Positions 37,172-46,767 are shown, counted from the stretch's first letter. The stretch is DNA of 46,767 nt from Promethearchaeota archaeon (GCA_048938445.1 JBHLME010000018.1:1-46767); one strand, 5' to 3'. Notes: a model not told the origin generated them from the letters alone. Numbers and translations are program-made.

Positions 37172-37915
37172 TTAATTTTGAAGTTTAGGGAGTAATAATA
37201 TGAAATTACTACCTTGTCTATGATCACCTTTAATGCGATCTTCGACCCATATGTTCCCCTTGAAGATTTCTACAATTTGTTTTACAAGTGATAGACCTAA
37301 GCCCATACCTTTTCCACCCTTTCCATGAGTATTTTTAGTAAAAATATTTTCTTTCTTTGAATCAGGAACTCCAATACCATTATCAATAAATTCAATTCTT
37401 ACTAATTTTCCACGTTTCTTATCAAATTGTTCAGTAATTATAATAAAAATTTCTATAATTGGGTTATTATTATAGTTTATAGCATTAATTATTATATTTT
37501 CAAAAATATCTTTTAATAAATCATTTGCTTTGACGATAATATCCCTATTTAATGATTCTACTTTCATGGATATATTACTAATTTTATTGCTTTTTTTTAT
37601 GTAGTTGATAACTTCACTTAAATTATCATATACTTTAACAGGTTTTATTTCTAATAATTTATTATCTAAAAAGGATAATTTATCTAAATTTGAGATAATT
37701 TGATATCCTTTATTTACTTGTTCTCTTATGATTTCTAGCATCTCTCTCAAATTGGATCGATTTTCAGGATCATCCAGATATAGAGAGCCTAAATCTGCAG
37801 ACATTAGGATTTTTGAAAAAATAGACCTCATATTATGTGAATACATTTGTTTAAAAATTCTTACTGTATTTGTCTGGGATGAGACCATAAATTCTTTTTT
37901 TAAATCTTGAATCAT
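37172..37915 (-). CDS. Sensor-less histidine kinase-like protein (HATPase_c, divergent H-box)
   Basis: SHNMRS H-box, ENIIINA, DNGIG and GMGLGL; paralogous to the adjacent kinase. Confidence 0.85.
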   Translation of the reverse strand: MIQDLKKEFMVSSQTNTVRIFKQMYSHNMRSIFSKILMSADLGSLYLDDPENRSNLREMLEIIREQVNKGYQIISNLDKLSFLDNKLLEIKPVKVYDNLSEVINYIKKSNKISNISMKVESLNRDIIVKANDLLKDIFENIIINAINYNNNPIIEIFIIITEQFDKKRGKLVRIEFIDNGIGVPDSKKENIFTKNTHGKGGKGMGLGLSLVKQIVEIFKGNIWVEDRIKGDHRQGSNFILLLPKLQN

Positions 37916-38149
37916 ATCATAACACTGTTAGCACAAATTATATCTTTGTGTACAAAAAACACTTTTATATTTATATTAAATATTAGTTTTTGTATATATA
38001 AATATTTTGTATGTAATAACAAAAAATATAAATATTATAGTTTTGTGGTAATTTTTCAAATATTTTTTTTCCATAAAATTAGATTTTATATATACATCAT
38101 TTATATCAAAACTTCTTCCTCTAATAAAATAATAAACATAACTAAAAAA

Positions 38150-39376
38150 TTAAATTTTATATTTTTTAACGATTTCTAAAAATGTATCAGCGAAATATTT
38201 TACTTGCTCCCATGTGAGACCATATGTGTTAAATTTCATTTCTTTCGAAATGCCTGGTGCCATCCCTATGATACCTCTTTCTTTAAAATCATCTCTTAGA
38301 AAAAATCCTTTTCTTGGATGGTTTTTAGAAATTTCAGCAAATAATTCTGTTTTAATTGAAGTTAAAGGGTGAATTTTTGGTAATTTTCCTAAAATTTCTA
38401 TACCTTCTATTTTTTTTATCTTGTCTATTATATAATTAACTTTCTTAGCCTCTTCTTCCACTATTTCTGGTTGGGTTCTTTTAACTATAGTAGGAAAACT
38501 TGCCATTAAGGTTATTAATGGAGCGCCATAGACGGGAGGGCATCCCATAACAGAGCATATTTTACTTGGAAAGGATTTAGAGGTTAAATCTCCAGATATT
38601 TTAGATAATTTCATTACTTCATCAGCATATTTTTCTTTAAATCCCAGTAATCCTATGGGTCCTGAAGCTGCCATCGATTTATGACCACTACAAGAAATGA
38701 AATCAACATTTAGGTTATTACAATCAATAGGAAGAATCCCTCCAGAATAAGCAGCATTTAAGAGAAAAGGTATGTCATATTTTTGACAGATATCTCCAAT
38801 TGGTTTTGGATCATTATAATTTCCATATTTATAGTCAACATGCGTTAACAGAGCTAATAGTGGTAATTTACCCTCTTCTTTTTGGACTTTTTTTATTATT
38901 TTTTCATAATCTTCTGGTTCAATTTTATATTCAGGGAAACCCGAATTAGGTACTTCTCTCACGGTAAGATTATTCACTTCAATTGCTAAATATGTGGTAT
39001 AATGAGCTGTACTATCAACCACAACAGTTTTTCTTTTAGGAAACTTCTTAACAAGAGCTCCCATTGCAATCCTTTTTGAATCTCTTGCAGCACCCGTGAG
39101 CATTACCTTGTCTATATTAAAGAATTTCGCTAAATCATTTAGAAATTCTACAACTGGAGGATTTTCAATCTTATCTATGCGCCCTTTTAGACAATTATCA
39201 CATAAACTATAACCATCTCCATATGAAATAAGTGCCTTAAACGCTTCTGGCGTTAAAATCCCCCCTCTTTGGATGGGATGAATGTTTATGAACTCTTCAT
39301 TAATATTTCTTGAAAAAGTAGAATATTTTTGTTCAATAACATTGATATATTCTGCATTTGTCAAATTATTAACCAC
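38150..39376 (-). CDS. pscS: O-phosphoseryl-tRNA:Cys-tRNA synthase (SepCysS)
   Basis: PIQRGG, GDGYSLCDNC, AHYTT, LNAAY, SGHKSMAASGPIG (PLP Lys) and MGC motifs. Confidence 0.93.
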   Translation of the reverse strand: MVNNLTNAEYINVIEQKYSTFSRNINEEFINIHPIQRGGILTPEAFKALISYGDGYSLCDNCLKGRIDKIENPPVVEFLNDLAKFFNIDKVMLTGAARDSKRIAMGALVKKFPKRKTVVVDSTAHYTTYLAIEVNNLTVREVPNSGFPEYKIEPEDYEKIIKKVQKEEGKLPLLALLTHVDYKYGNYNDPKPIGDICQKYDIPFLLNAAYSGGILPIDCNNLNVDFISCSGHKSMAASGPIGLLGFKEKYADEVMKLSKISGDLTSKSFPSKICSVMGCPPVYGAPLITLMASFPTIVKRTQPEIVEEEAKKVNYIIDKIKKIEGIEILGKLPKIHPLTSIKTELFAEISKNHPRKGFFLRDDFKERGIIGMAPGISKEMKFNTYGLTWEQVKYFADTFLEIVKKYKI

Positions 39377-39476
39377 TTTTTAAAAATTCAATTATATAAA
39401 AAATTAAATTCTTATAATCTTTTTACATTTATTATTATATTGCATTGAAATTCAAACAAAAAAGATTTGAAAAATA

Positions 39477-41183
39477 ATGTCAGAACAACTAAATTTCATA
39501 TATTGTCAAGAATTTTGGTACATTAGCGCTTTTTTAAAAACTTCCACTAAAGATGATAAGAAAAAACATATAAGCGTTAATGGCAATGTAAAAAGTAAAG
39601 AAATTGAGACTTTAATAAGGAATAAGCTTAAATCATTAACAGATAGAGATATTTTTAAAAAAGAACTAAAGGATGTCATCATTGATTTAAGTCAAAATAT
39701 TTCTTTAACATGTAGATGGGTGCCATATATAAGAAATTTTCCTTATAGGGACGAGAATAATGATAGAAGTTATGATACCTTAGGATTCTTCCAGTTTGAT
39801 GTTGAATATTTTAAAGACACACCAAATAAAAAAGAAACAGTCAGTCCAATGTTAATACAGCAAATTCCATATATCGTATTGAATGAATTAAAAAACTTTT
39901 CTAAAAGGGATGAAAACCAAGGCATTTTATTTGATCTTGAAAGTCCTATTTATGTGTTTGTAACATCAAACAATACTAAACCAGCAAATATCAGCTGGAA
40001 TCCTGAAAACATTGAAAAATATAAAAAAGTCATTTCATATTGGACAGAAATTTACTCTGGCCAATGGGAGGATTATTCCGTCACTCTTTATGATCGGCGG
40101 ATAGAGAATAATTTATCAAATCGACTATCAGAACTCCATTTTATTCGGAGAAATTCTGGATTTATCTACATGGCAGAAGACAATTATAATCAATTTTTTG
40201 AGTCATACATGAAGAACTTCGTACTCGATCCAACTCCTAAGATTAGGGCAGTTTTATTCGCATTTAGGTCCATTAATGAATCTCTTGATCTTCTATTTCT
40301 GAAATCACATTCCGAGGCTTTCATGAATCTAGAGACAATTGAAGCTAAAATAAAAAATCTAAGGTTATTAAGGGGTTTAATACAAACACAATTGAGCATA
40401 ATATACAATGAATTGGATTATAATAGAAGGCAACACTATACTTCTGTTTTAACCCATTTATTAAATGAATTTGAACTTAAAAACATTGTAAATCGCGTGA
40501 ATGAAAAATTTACTATCATATATGATTCGATGGAAGAACTTTACTTAAAAAAAAGCCAAGAAAATCAACAAAGAACAGAAAGAGGCTTAAATTTATTAAA
40601 TTTATTATTTGGTGCGGGAGTTTTAGCTGATTTAGTGGGATTATTACTGGGAGTTCTCACATTTGGAGAGGGGGATCTAATAGCAATGTTACTGAATTTG
40701 ATAGTTTCAATAATTATAATTGGAATATTAATTGCAACGATTGTCTTTAACGTGCGTTTGAAGTTTCAATTGAAAAAGGAAAATATTGGAAAAACAGTAG
40801 ACGCCGTAATAGTAGATAATTCTGGTAATATTGTATTGATTCAGAGAAAATATCCTCCATTTAAAGATTATTATGCATTACCTGGAGGATTTGTTGAAAA
40901 GGGAGAAACAGCTGAACAAGCCTTAAAAAGAGAAGTTAAAGAGGAAACTAATTTAGATATTAAAATTGTTAATAAAATAGGTGTATTCGATGAAGAGGGT
41001 AGGGATCCAAGAGGAAAAATTCATTCAACAGCTTATAAATGCAAAATTATAAGTGATACCTCTGAAATGCATAGTGGAGATGATTCTAAAAAAGTGGAAC
41101 TCTTCCCAATAGAAAAAATAAAAAACTTAGAATTAGCTTTTGACCATAAAAAGATTTTAAAGGTTGCAAATATTATAAAATAA
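39477..41183 (+). CDS. Large soluble/helical domain + two TM helices + C-terminal Nudix hydrolase (ADP-ribose pyrophosphatase-like)
   Basis: Nudix box GGFVEKGETAEQALKREVKEETNL, RDPR, GDD and LAFDH motifs. Two hydrophobic helices near 40585-40750. Confidence 0.85.
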   Translation: MSEQLNFIYCQEFWYISAFLKTSTKDDKKKHISVNGNVKSKEIETLIRNKLKSLTDRDIFKKELKDVIIDLSQNISLTCRWVPYIRNFPYRDENNDRSYDTLGFFQFDVEYFKDTPNKKETVSPMLIQQIPYIVLNELKNFSKRDENQGILFDLESPIYVFVTSNNTKPANISWNPENIEKYKKVISYWTEIYSGQWEDYSVTLYDRRIENNLSNRLSELHFIRRNSGFIYMAEDNYNQFFESYMKNFVLDPTPKIRAVLFAFRSINESLDLLFLKSHSEAFMNLETIEAKIKNLRLLRGLIQTQLSIIYNELDYNRRQHYTSVLTHLLNEFELKNIVNRVNEKFTIIYDSMEELYLKKSQENQQRTERGLNLLNLLFGAGVLADLVGLLLGVLTFGEGDLIAMLLNLIVSIIIIGILIATIVFNVRLKFQLKKENIGKTVDAVIVDNSGNIVLIQRKYPPFKDYYALPGGFVEKGETAEQALKREVKEETNLDIKIVNKIGVFDEEGRDPRGKIHSTAYKCKIISDTSEMHSGDDSKKVELFPIEKIKNLELAFDHKKILKVANIIK

Positions 41184-41204
41184 TTAATTTTTTGTTTTTC
41201 TTTA

Positions 41205-41846
41205 TTATAAAAGATGTTCTATAATTTTATTTATATTTATGCCTGATGCAATAAAGAAATAAGGTTTATTTATTTGTTTTTCATTTATTTTATCTTCTTT
41301 AATTATTTCGTTCATTTTAAATAATATTTCGTTATAAAACTTCTTAAATTTGCTATACTGGGATTTACTCAAAAAGATCATTGAACCAAATAATTCACCC
41401 TCTTCTTTCATTTGATTAAGTATAGTTAAAGAATCCTCCCTATTCTCCAATTTCTCATAAAATTTCAATTTCATATTTATAAAATTTCTAATATGAATAT
41501 CAAATAATTTTAAACTTGAAAGTATTGATTCAAAGTTTTCAGGATTAATTTTATCCACTTTCTCAATATCTCTGACTCCAGTAAAGATAGATTGATTTAA
41601 ACCTCTATCTGTTAAAGAATAGATCTTTGCAGGAATATTTCCTCTTACTTTTTCTTCTCGAACAACTTCGACAATTCCAATTTCAATTAACTTTTGTAAA
41701 TGAGGATGTACTGTTGATTTGCTTTTATATAGCTTCTTACATAAATTTGTAAAACTTAGTTCTGAATAAATGGATAAAAGCCCCCAAATTCGAAATCTTA
41801 TTTCACTTTTTAGGAAGTTATAATGTGTTAATTGTTTTTTATTCAT
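41205..41846 (-). CDS. ArsR-type wHTH regulator
   Basis: IRFRIWGLL, KSKSTVHPHLQKLIEIGIV and KIYSLT motifs. Confidence 0.85.
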   Translation of the reverse strand: MNKKQLTHYNFLKSEIRFRIWGLLSIYSELSFTNLCKKLYKSKSTVHPHLQKLIEIGIVEVVREEKVRGNIPAKIYSLTDRGLNQSIFTGVRDIEKVDKINPENFESILSSLKLFDIHIRNFINMKLKFYEKLENREDSLTILNQMKEEGELFGSMIFLSKSQYSKFKKFYNEILFKMNEIIKEDKINEKQINKPYFFIASGININKIIEHLL

Positions 41847-41877
41847 TTTACTTCAGATTTTTTTTTCTATATTAATA

Positions 41878-42029
41878 TGAACGTATGTAATATTTATATT
41901 TTCCGAACGTACATATCTAAAAACCTAACTGTAATAAAATTACCTATTATTAATTCCTATTCTATTTTTAAACATTCGTAAAATTTAAATAATAACGTTC
42001 GTATTATCCATATAAAACCGAACATTCGG
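41878..42029. promoter_or_regulatory. Five degenerate CGAACGTTCG palindromes in the divergent promoter
   Basis: tgaacgtatg 41878, cgaacgtaca 41904, taaacattcg 41969, ataacgttcg 41992, cgaacattcg 42019. Confidence 0.6.
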
Positions 42030-42096
42030 AAGAATAATAAATTACGTATTTAAAAAGAAAGTTATAATTATAAAAAACGAGGTGAATAACATTAAA

Positions 42097-42582
42097 ATGG
42101 TGATTTCAAGTGATCTTCGCATAAAAAAAAGATCTGAAAGAGTATTAAGAAACCTTAATTCAGTAATAGGTAAAGAATTACCGAGAGCACACAAAGTAAT
42201 AACTTTTGAGAAATTTGGTGCAACAATAATTTCAGCACATAGAGGAAGAGTTGAAATAGAGTGTGAAGTAATTCCTGATATGGCAAATCCTTTAGGGTTT
42301 TTGCATGGTGGAGTTCAATGTATATTAATTGATGACGTAATTGCTTTAACAGCAATTACACTAGGGAACAGACATTTTCCAATATCAGTTAATCTTCAAA
42401 TTAATTTTTTATCAAAAGCCAGAGTTGGAAATAAACTTAGAATAAAAGCAAAAATTACACAAGAAGGAAATAAAATAATTAATGCATCAGCAAAAATTGT
42501 TAATAATGATGGTAAATTAATCGCTGTTGGGCAAACTATTCTCTTAAATACTCAAATATCTCGTGATCCAAAAAATTCATGA
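42097..42582 (+). CDS. PaaI-family hotdog thioesterase
   Basis: NPLGFLHGG...D motif. ATG 42097 follows GAGGTGA; GTG 42082 is the alternative start. Confidence 0.9.
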   Translation: MVISSDLRIKKRSERVLRNLNSVIGKELPRAHKVITFEKFGATIISAHRGRVEIECEVIPDMANPLGFLHGGVQCILIDDVIALTAITLGNRHFPISVNLQINFLSKARVGNKLRIKAKITQEGNKIINASAKIVNNDGKLIAVGQTILLNTQISRDPKNS

Positions 42583-42855
42583 TTAAGTGAACAATTTAAT
42601 GGTAATATTTATGAAAAATGAGAATAAAAATAAATATCAAAACTATTCTTTTATAAAGTATGTTGCTAGATTTTGTAATTAGACTAAAAAAAGTAATATA
42701 TATCTTTTGAGGCCTTCTATCATTTTTAATAGATATATTTTTGCTTAATTTGAACACTCTTTTTAATTTATATAATTTTGATTAGTCCCAAATTTAATAA
42801 TTTTTGAATGATTTTAAAATTACATATAAAAAATATCTCAAATTAGTTTTTTAAA

Positions 42856-43398
42856 ATGCCTATAATAATGCCAAGTCCAAGGACCGGAAAAAAACCCCAA
42901 ATTCATGAATCTGCATTCATTGCTCCGAATGCTACAATTATTGGTGATGTAATTATTGAAGAGGGTGTAAATGTATGGTTTAATGCGGTAATTAGAGGTG
43001 ATTGGGGTTCCATACGAATTGGGAAAAATACTAGTATTCAAGAACATGTTACAATCCATATTGAGATAGGAAAAACAGCAATAATAGGTTCAGATTGTAT
43101 TATTGGCCATCATGCGATGATTCACGGACCATGTATTGTAGAAGATGGAGCATTAGTTGGGATTGGAGCGAATGTCTTACATAATTCTAAATTAGGAAAG
43201 GGATCATTATTAGGTGCAGGAGCTGTCCTGGTAAATAAAGAAATTCCTCCAATGAGTCTTGCAGTAGGAGTCCCTGCTTCTATTAAAAAAGAAGCAGTGT
43301 TTAAAAAAGCACAAGGTTCATTGACATCTGGAGAATATGCAAGAAATGGTAAAATGTTTAAAGAATTTTTTGAAAAGAATCCAAATTATAATACGTAA
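42856..43398 (+). CDS. Gamma-carbonic anhydrase family protein
   Basis: Hexapeptide repeats, IRGD, IQE...IH and IGH..MIHG motifs. Confidence 0.92.
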   Translation: MPIIMPSPRTGKKPQIHESAFIAPNATIIGDVIIEEGVNVWFNAVIRGDWGSIRIGKNTSIQEHVTIHIEIGKTAIIGSDCIIGHHAMIHGPCIVEDGALVGIGANVLHNSKLGKGSLLGAGAVLVNKEIPPMSLAVGVPASIKKEAVFKKAQGSLTSGEYARNGKMFKEFFEKNPNYNT

Positions 43399-43528
43399 AT
43401 TATTTCTATATTTTCCCTTTATTATCTTTTTGTTATTATTAAATAAATTTATTTTAAATTGATTCTTTAAACTCTCCTCTTTTTTAAAAAAATTAAGATG
43501 ATAAAATGAAGAAACAATAGATTTTTTA

Positions 43529-43963
43529 TTATTCAGCTAATTTTGTGATAAGTAACCTTACAAGTAATAAGATCTCAGCATAATTTTTTATATCTTGTAA
43601 ATTACCTTCAATATTTAAATCTCCTGCCTTATATGCATCCATTAAGTCTGCTTCTCTTGTTAAAAGAGATCCAAATATATCTCTAGATGTTTTTAAAGTA
43701 ACTGTGACCTCTGGACCATCTCCTTCATCGAATTCAACTATTCCTTTTCTAACTGAGCACCAATATCTATATAATTCCTCTCCTTTTTCAAAAACTATAA
43801 ATTGTACACATAAATCTATTCCATCAATTTTTTTTTTTACTTTTTCATTTTCTTCTGCTAATTGCTTAAATAGATTAAAAAGAATTTCTATCGAATCTAA
43901 AACATCACTCTCTGGATGTGCCATCATTGTCCTTAATTTATCTATTAAGACTTGATCGACCAT
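43529..43963 (-). CDS. SCP2 sterol/lipid-binding domain protein
   Basis: VTVTL...DLMDAYKAGDLNIEGNL motif. Confidence 0.85.
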   Translation of the reverse strand: MVDQVLIDKLRTMMAHPESDVLDSIEILFNLFKQLAEENEKVKKKIDGIDLCVQFIVFEKGEELYRYWCSVRKGIVEFDEGDGPEVTVTLKTSRDIFGSLLTREADLMDAYKAGDLNIEGNLQDIKNYAEILLLVRLLITKLAE

Positions 43964-44207
43964 AGGAAAAATCCGCCAAGGTATGAAATTACTTCTTTAG
44001 AAGATATTTTAATAAGTTAATATTATATTAGATGCCTTTTTTTATAAAATTAGGTATTTAAATTTATTTATAAAGGAAAAACATTGTTTAAATTTGATCT
44101 TTCATCAATAATCAACCTCATCAAGATAAACAATGAAAATTTTTATAAAAAAAGTAGGAATCATGTAATTTAATCTTAAACTATAAAAAGATAATAGGAT
44201 AAGATTT

Positions 44208-45377
44208 ATGGTTTTATCAAAAAGAGAACGAGTATTTCTCACATTAGAACTTGATGGTGAACCTGATTTAATTCCCATACACGTGTCAGGTTTTGAGCAG
44301 ACTAATACTGCTTATCAATATTTCCTCAAGTCAAAAGAATATGAAAACAATAAAACTATCATAAAGAATAATTATTCTCAAATTACTAATAATTGGGCGG
44401 GTGATATTACTGAATTACGCTTTTGGAATGCTGATTGTAGTGCCATGGATCCATTTGAGGAAAAATTAATAACTAAAAGAACAAAAAATCTAAATGATTT
44501 TCCTAATTGTGAAATGAATCCATTAAATGGAAAAATTTACATGATGAAACCACAAGTTGAAACGGGGCTAATGTATAGATGGTATGTAAATGGATACTTT
44601 AAAACACGAGAAAAATTATTATCCTACTGGGAGGAGTATGGAAAACCAATAGAATATATTAATAATAATATTAATTATTCACCAAAAGTCTGGGAAGATT
44701 ATGTTAATAGTCTTTCTCCATACGTATATCCTATGGCTCGTTTAGGGATTGCAATGCATGAAGCATTATTTGAAGGAATGACAATTGCTAGAGTAGCGTA
44801 TTACATGCGAAAAGATCCCCAATTTATTCATTCCGTAATGAAAGAGTATTTAAAGGTGAATATTGAACTTATTAAGCGTTTAGGAGAAGCAGGAGTTGAT
44901 ATCATATTTTATTATGATGATTTAGGTTTGAAAGGACGCTCAATCTTCTCTTTAAAACATTTTAGAGAATTTATTTTACCGTACTATAAAAAAATTTATC
45001 AAGAATGTAATAAGAGGAGTATATTCATCGTGCAGCATTCTTGCGGATATATTGATGAGTTATTACCCGATATGGTAAAAGCAGGTTTAGACTGTATTGA
45101 AGCTCTAGAACCCACGGCAGGAGTAAATTTATCAAAATTAAAAGAAACCCTAGGTGACAAAATTGTATTTATGGGAGGAATGGATTCTTCAAGGGTGTTA
45201 AATTTTGGAACGCCCTATGAAATTGAAGAGGAGGTAAAAAGATGTATAAAAGCAGCTGGAAATGGAGGAGGTTATTTTGCTGGACCAAGCCATAATATTT
45301 TAAATCCCTCATGGGATAATGTTCTAGCATTTCGAAATGCTTTATTAAAATATCGAAAATATCCTTTAAGGATCTGA
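44208..45377 (+). CDS. Uroporphyrinogen decarboxylase/MtaA-CmuA methyltransferase family protein
   Basis: DDLG, HSCG, GGMD and GGGYFAGPSH motifs. Confidence 0.88.
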   Translation: MVLSKRERVFLTLELDGEPDLIPIHVSGFEQTNTAYQYFLKSKEYENNKTIIKNNYSQITNNWAGDITELRFWNADCSAMDPFEEKLITKRTKNLNDFPNCEMNPLNGKIYMMKPQVETGLMYRWYVNGYFKTREKLLSYWEEYGKPIEYINNNINYSPKVWEDYVNSLSPYVYPMARLGIAMHEALFEGMTIARVAYYMRKDPQFIHSVMKEYLKVNIELIKRLGEAGVDIIFYYDDLGLKGRSIFSLKHFREFILPYYKKIYQECNKRSIFIVQHSCGYIDELLPDMVKAGLDCIEALEPTAGVNLSKLKETLGDKIVFMGGMDSSRVLNFGTPYEIEEEVKRCIKAAGNGGGYFAGPSHNILNPSWDNVLAFRNALLKYRKYPLRI

Positions 45378-45423
45378 GTTCGCATTAAAAGAATTTTAAT
45401 ATTAATAGACAATATCTTTAACC

Positions 45424-46164
45424 TTATGAGCAAATACAATTATTTGCTCTTATCACGTCAATGATATTAAATGATATATCTAATAAATTTACCATTAATA
45501 ATTTATTTTCCAGATTAGGAAGGTCTAAAGTGGTTTTAATTACTTCCAAAGCCTCTAAAGTACCTAATATCCCCGGTGTAACTCCAATAACTGGTAAAGG
45601 TGTTGTGGACTTTTTACTTTCTTCATTTTCTTCAGGATATGGAAACACGCATTGATAACACGCACTTTTTCTCGGATTAATAGATATTATTTGTCCATAG
45701 AAATCCTTTATCCCCGCAATCACGCATCTTATATTGTTTTCAATAGCTACTTGATTTACTAAAAATTTTGTTTTTAAGTTATCACTACAATCCACGATAA
45801 AGTCTTGGTTTTTTAAATGCTTTTTAATAGAGTTTGAATCCACAAATTCTTTATAAACGTTAATTTTTACGTCATTATTGAGTTTTGTTAAGACTTCTCT
45901 TGCCACTTCAACCTTATCTTTATTTATTTGCGTTTCATTATACAAGATTTGTCTTTGTAAGTTAGAAATTGAGATGATATCATTATCAATAATTGTTAAT
46001 TCTCCTATGCCTGCAGCAACAAGATATAAAGAAAATGGCGAACCTAATCCTCCCGCACCAACTTGTAACACTTTTATTTTAGATAACTTTTCTTGTCCTT
46101 TTTCTCCTATTGATGGAGATAAAATTTGTCTTGAATACCTCTTCTTCTGATCTTCAGTTAACAT
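45424..46164 (-). CDS. ThiF/MoeB/HesA E1-like adenylyltransferase
   Basis: RYSRQI, GAGGLG, SNLQRQ, DCSDN and CYQC motifs. Confidence 0.92.
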   Translation of the reverse strand: MLTEDQKKRYSRQILSPSIGEKGQEKLSKIKVLQVGAGGLGSPFSLYLVAAGIGELTIIDNDIISISNLQRQILYNETQINKDKVEVAREVLTKLNNDVKINVYKEFVDSNSIKKHLKNQDFIVDCSDNLKTKFLVNQVAIENNIRCVIAGIKDFYGQIISINPRKSACYQCVFPYPEENEESKKSTTPLPVIGVTPGILGTLEALEVIKTTLDLPNLENKLLMVNLLDISFNIIDVIRANNCICS

Positions 46165-46176
46165 AAAACTTCCCCC

Positions 46177-46548
46177 TTAGAGAATTGATTTTATTTTTTT
46201 AATAAATTCTTCTATTTCAATAAGTATAAGTCCGAAATTACAATCAATTGCGATTAATGAAGCTAAAAATAATTTGTCATCAATGCTTATGGTTAATATT
46301 TGATAATCACTCATTTCAACGGTGATATGTTGGATTTTCTTATTATTGATTGTTACCATAGCACTTTCCATGCCATTTAATAAAGCAGCAACCATCGCTC
46401 CGAACTTACGATTATCAATATCAAGGGGTAACCGAGAAGCTAATAACAAACCATTTCGATTTACTATAGCTGTACCAACAATACCACTATCAAATTTTTC
46501 GAGTTCTCTTAATTTTTTTGCTAATTGATCATGAATTTCTTGTTTCAT
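46177..46548 (-). CDS. Roadblock/LC7 protein
   Basis: GTAIVNRNGLLLASRLP, GAMVAALL and NFGLI motifs. Confidence 0.9.
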   Translation of the reverse strand: MKQEIHDQLAKKLRELEKFDSGIVGTAIVNRNGLLLASRLPLDIDNRKFGAMVAALLNGMESAMVTINNKKIQHITVEMSDYQILTISIDDKLFLASLIAIDCNFGLILIEIEEFIKKIKSIL

Positions 46549-46656
46549 TGAATCGCCTAAATTGATGTTAAATTAAACTAATCTAAAATATAATTTTTAT
46601 TATGAAAAATTAAGGAATGTATATATTAAAATATGTGCAATGTTTAAGAAGATACT

Positions 46657-46767
46657 TTAACGATAGAAGCTTTTTTGACATTCAGCTGCTCTGTATCGAT
46701 TTCGCCATCCTGGTTGTCTTAATTTTGCAGTCCTTCCAAACCCACAATACGCACAATATCCCTTTCT
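46657..46767 (-). CDS. rpl37e: 50S ribosomal protein L37e, 3' part (5' end beyond window)
   Basis: Manual translation RKGYCAYCGFGRTAKLRQPGWRNRYRAAECQKSFYR* matches the second CxxC-GFG half of L37e. Confidence 0.85.
   Translation of the reverse strand, partial: RKGYCAYCGFGRTAKLRQPGWRNRYRAAECQKSFYR

Noticed and set aside
37907-38179. 90-aa plus-strand ORF
   Set aside because: Low-complexity F/I/Y/K translation of AT-rich intergenic DNA that overlaps both flanking genes.
2991-46528. Numerous 60-120 aa ORFs nested in or antisense to longer genes (e.g. 3369, 10592, 14533, 15151, 22002, 24953, 32250, 35031, 45878)
   Set aside because: They overlap well-supported CDS and show no independent motifs.
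1-46767. CRISPR arrays, tRNA/rRNA genes, transposases, integrases
   Set aside because: No regularly spaced repeats, GC-rich structured RNA-like segments or recombinase motifs were seen by eye. A tRNAscan/Infernal run would be needed to exclude small RNAs.

Overview
Very AT-rich archaeal DNA whose gene content points to an Asgard archaeon, most likely Lokiarchaeia (inference). The evidence is roadblock, longin and V4R genes, a Rab-like GTPase, a ubiquitin-like protein, SepCysS, PINA, EndA and L37e. The window holds about 44 CDS; no rRNA, tRNA, CRISPR array or mobile element was found. Main blocks: (1) permease, a PH-like/C4HC3 finger protein, PHP and a SIRT6/7-like sirtuin; (2) a 1404-aa single-pass beta-helix surface protein followed by a winged-helix regulator; (3) an endA-C_GCAxxG_C_C-PINA operon; (4) a four-gene roadblock/V4R/longin-roadblock/roadblock-like operon, all in one reading frame, resembling TRAPP/Ragulator building blocks; (5) a ~13 kb oligosaccharide locus with two GH94 phosphorylases, a Dpp/Opp ABC importer, an unusual wHTH-fusion regulator and three copies of a palindromic operator AATATACTA-N6-TAGTATATT; (6) a Rab-like GTPase, a Ubl ending GG-I, an unannotated 58-aa coiled-coil/polyproline microprotein, a wHTH-Zn regulator and a RING-like protein; (7) nadA, a radical SAM enzyme, two histidine kinases, pscS, a CorA-like 2TM-Nudix fusion, lipid/cofactor genes, an E1-like enzyme, a roadblock gene and the 3' end of rpl37e. 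All family assignments come from motifs recognised by eye, not from database searches.
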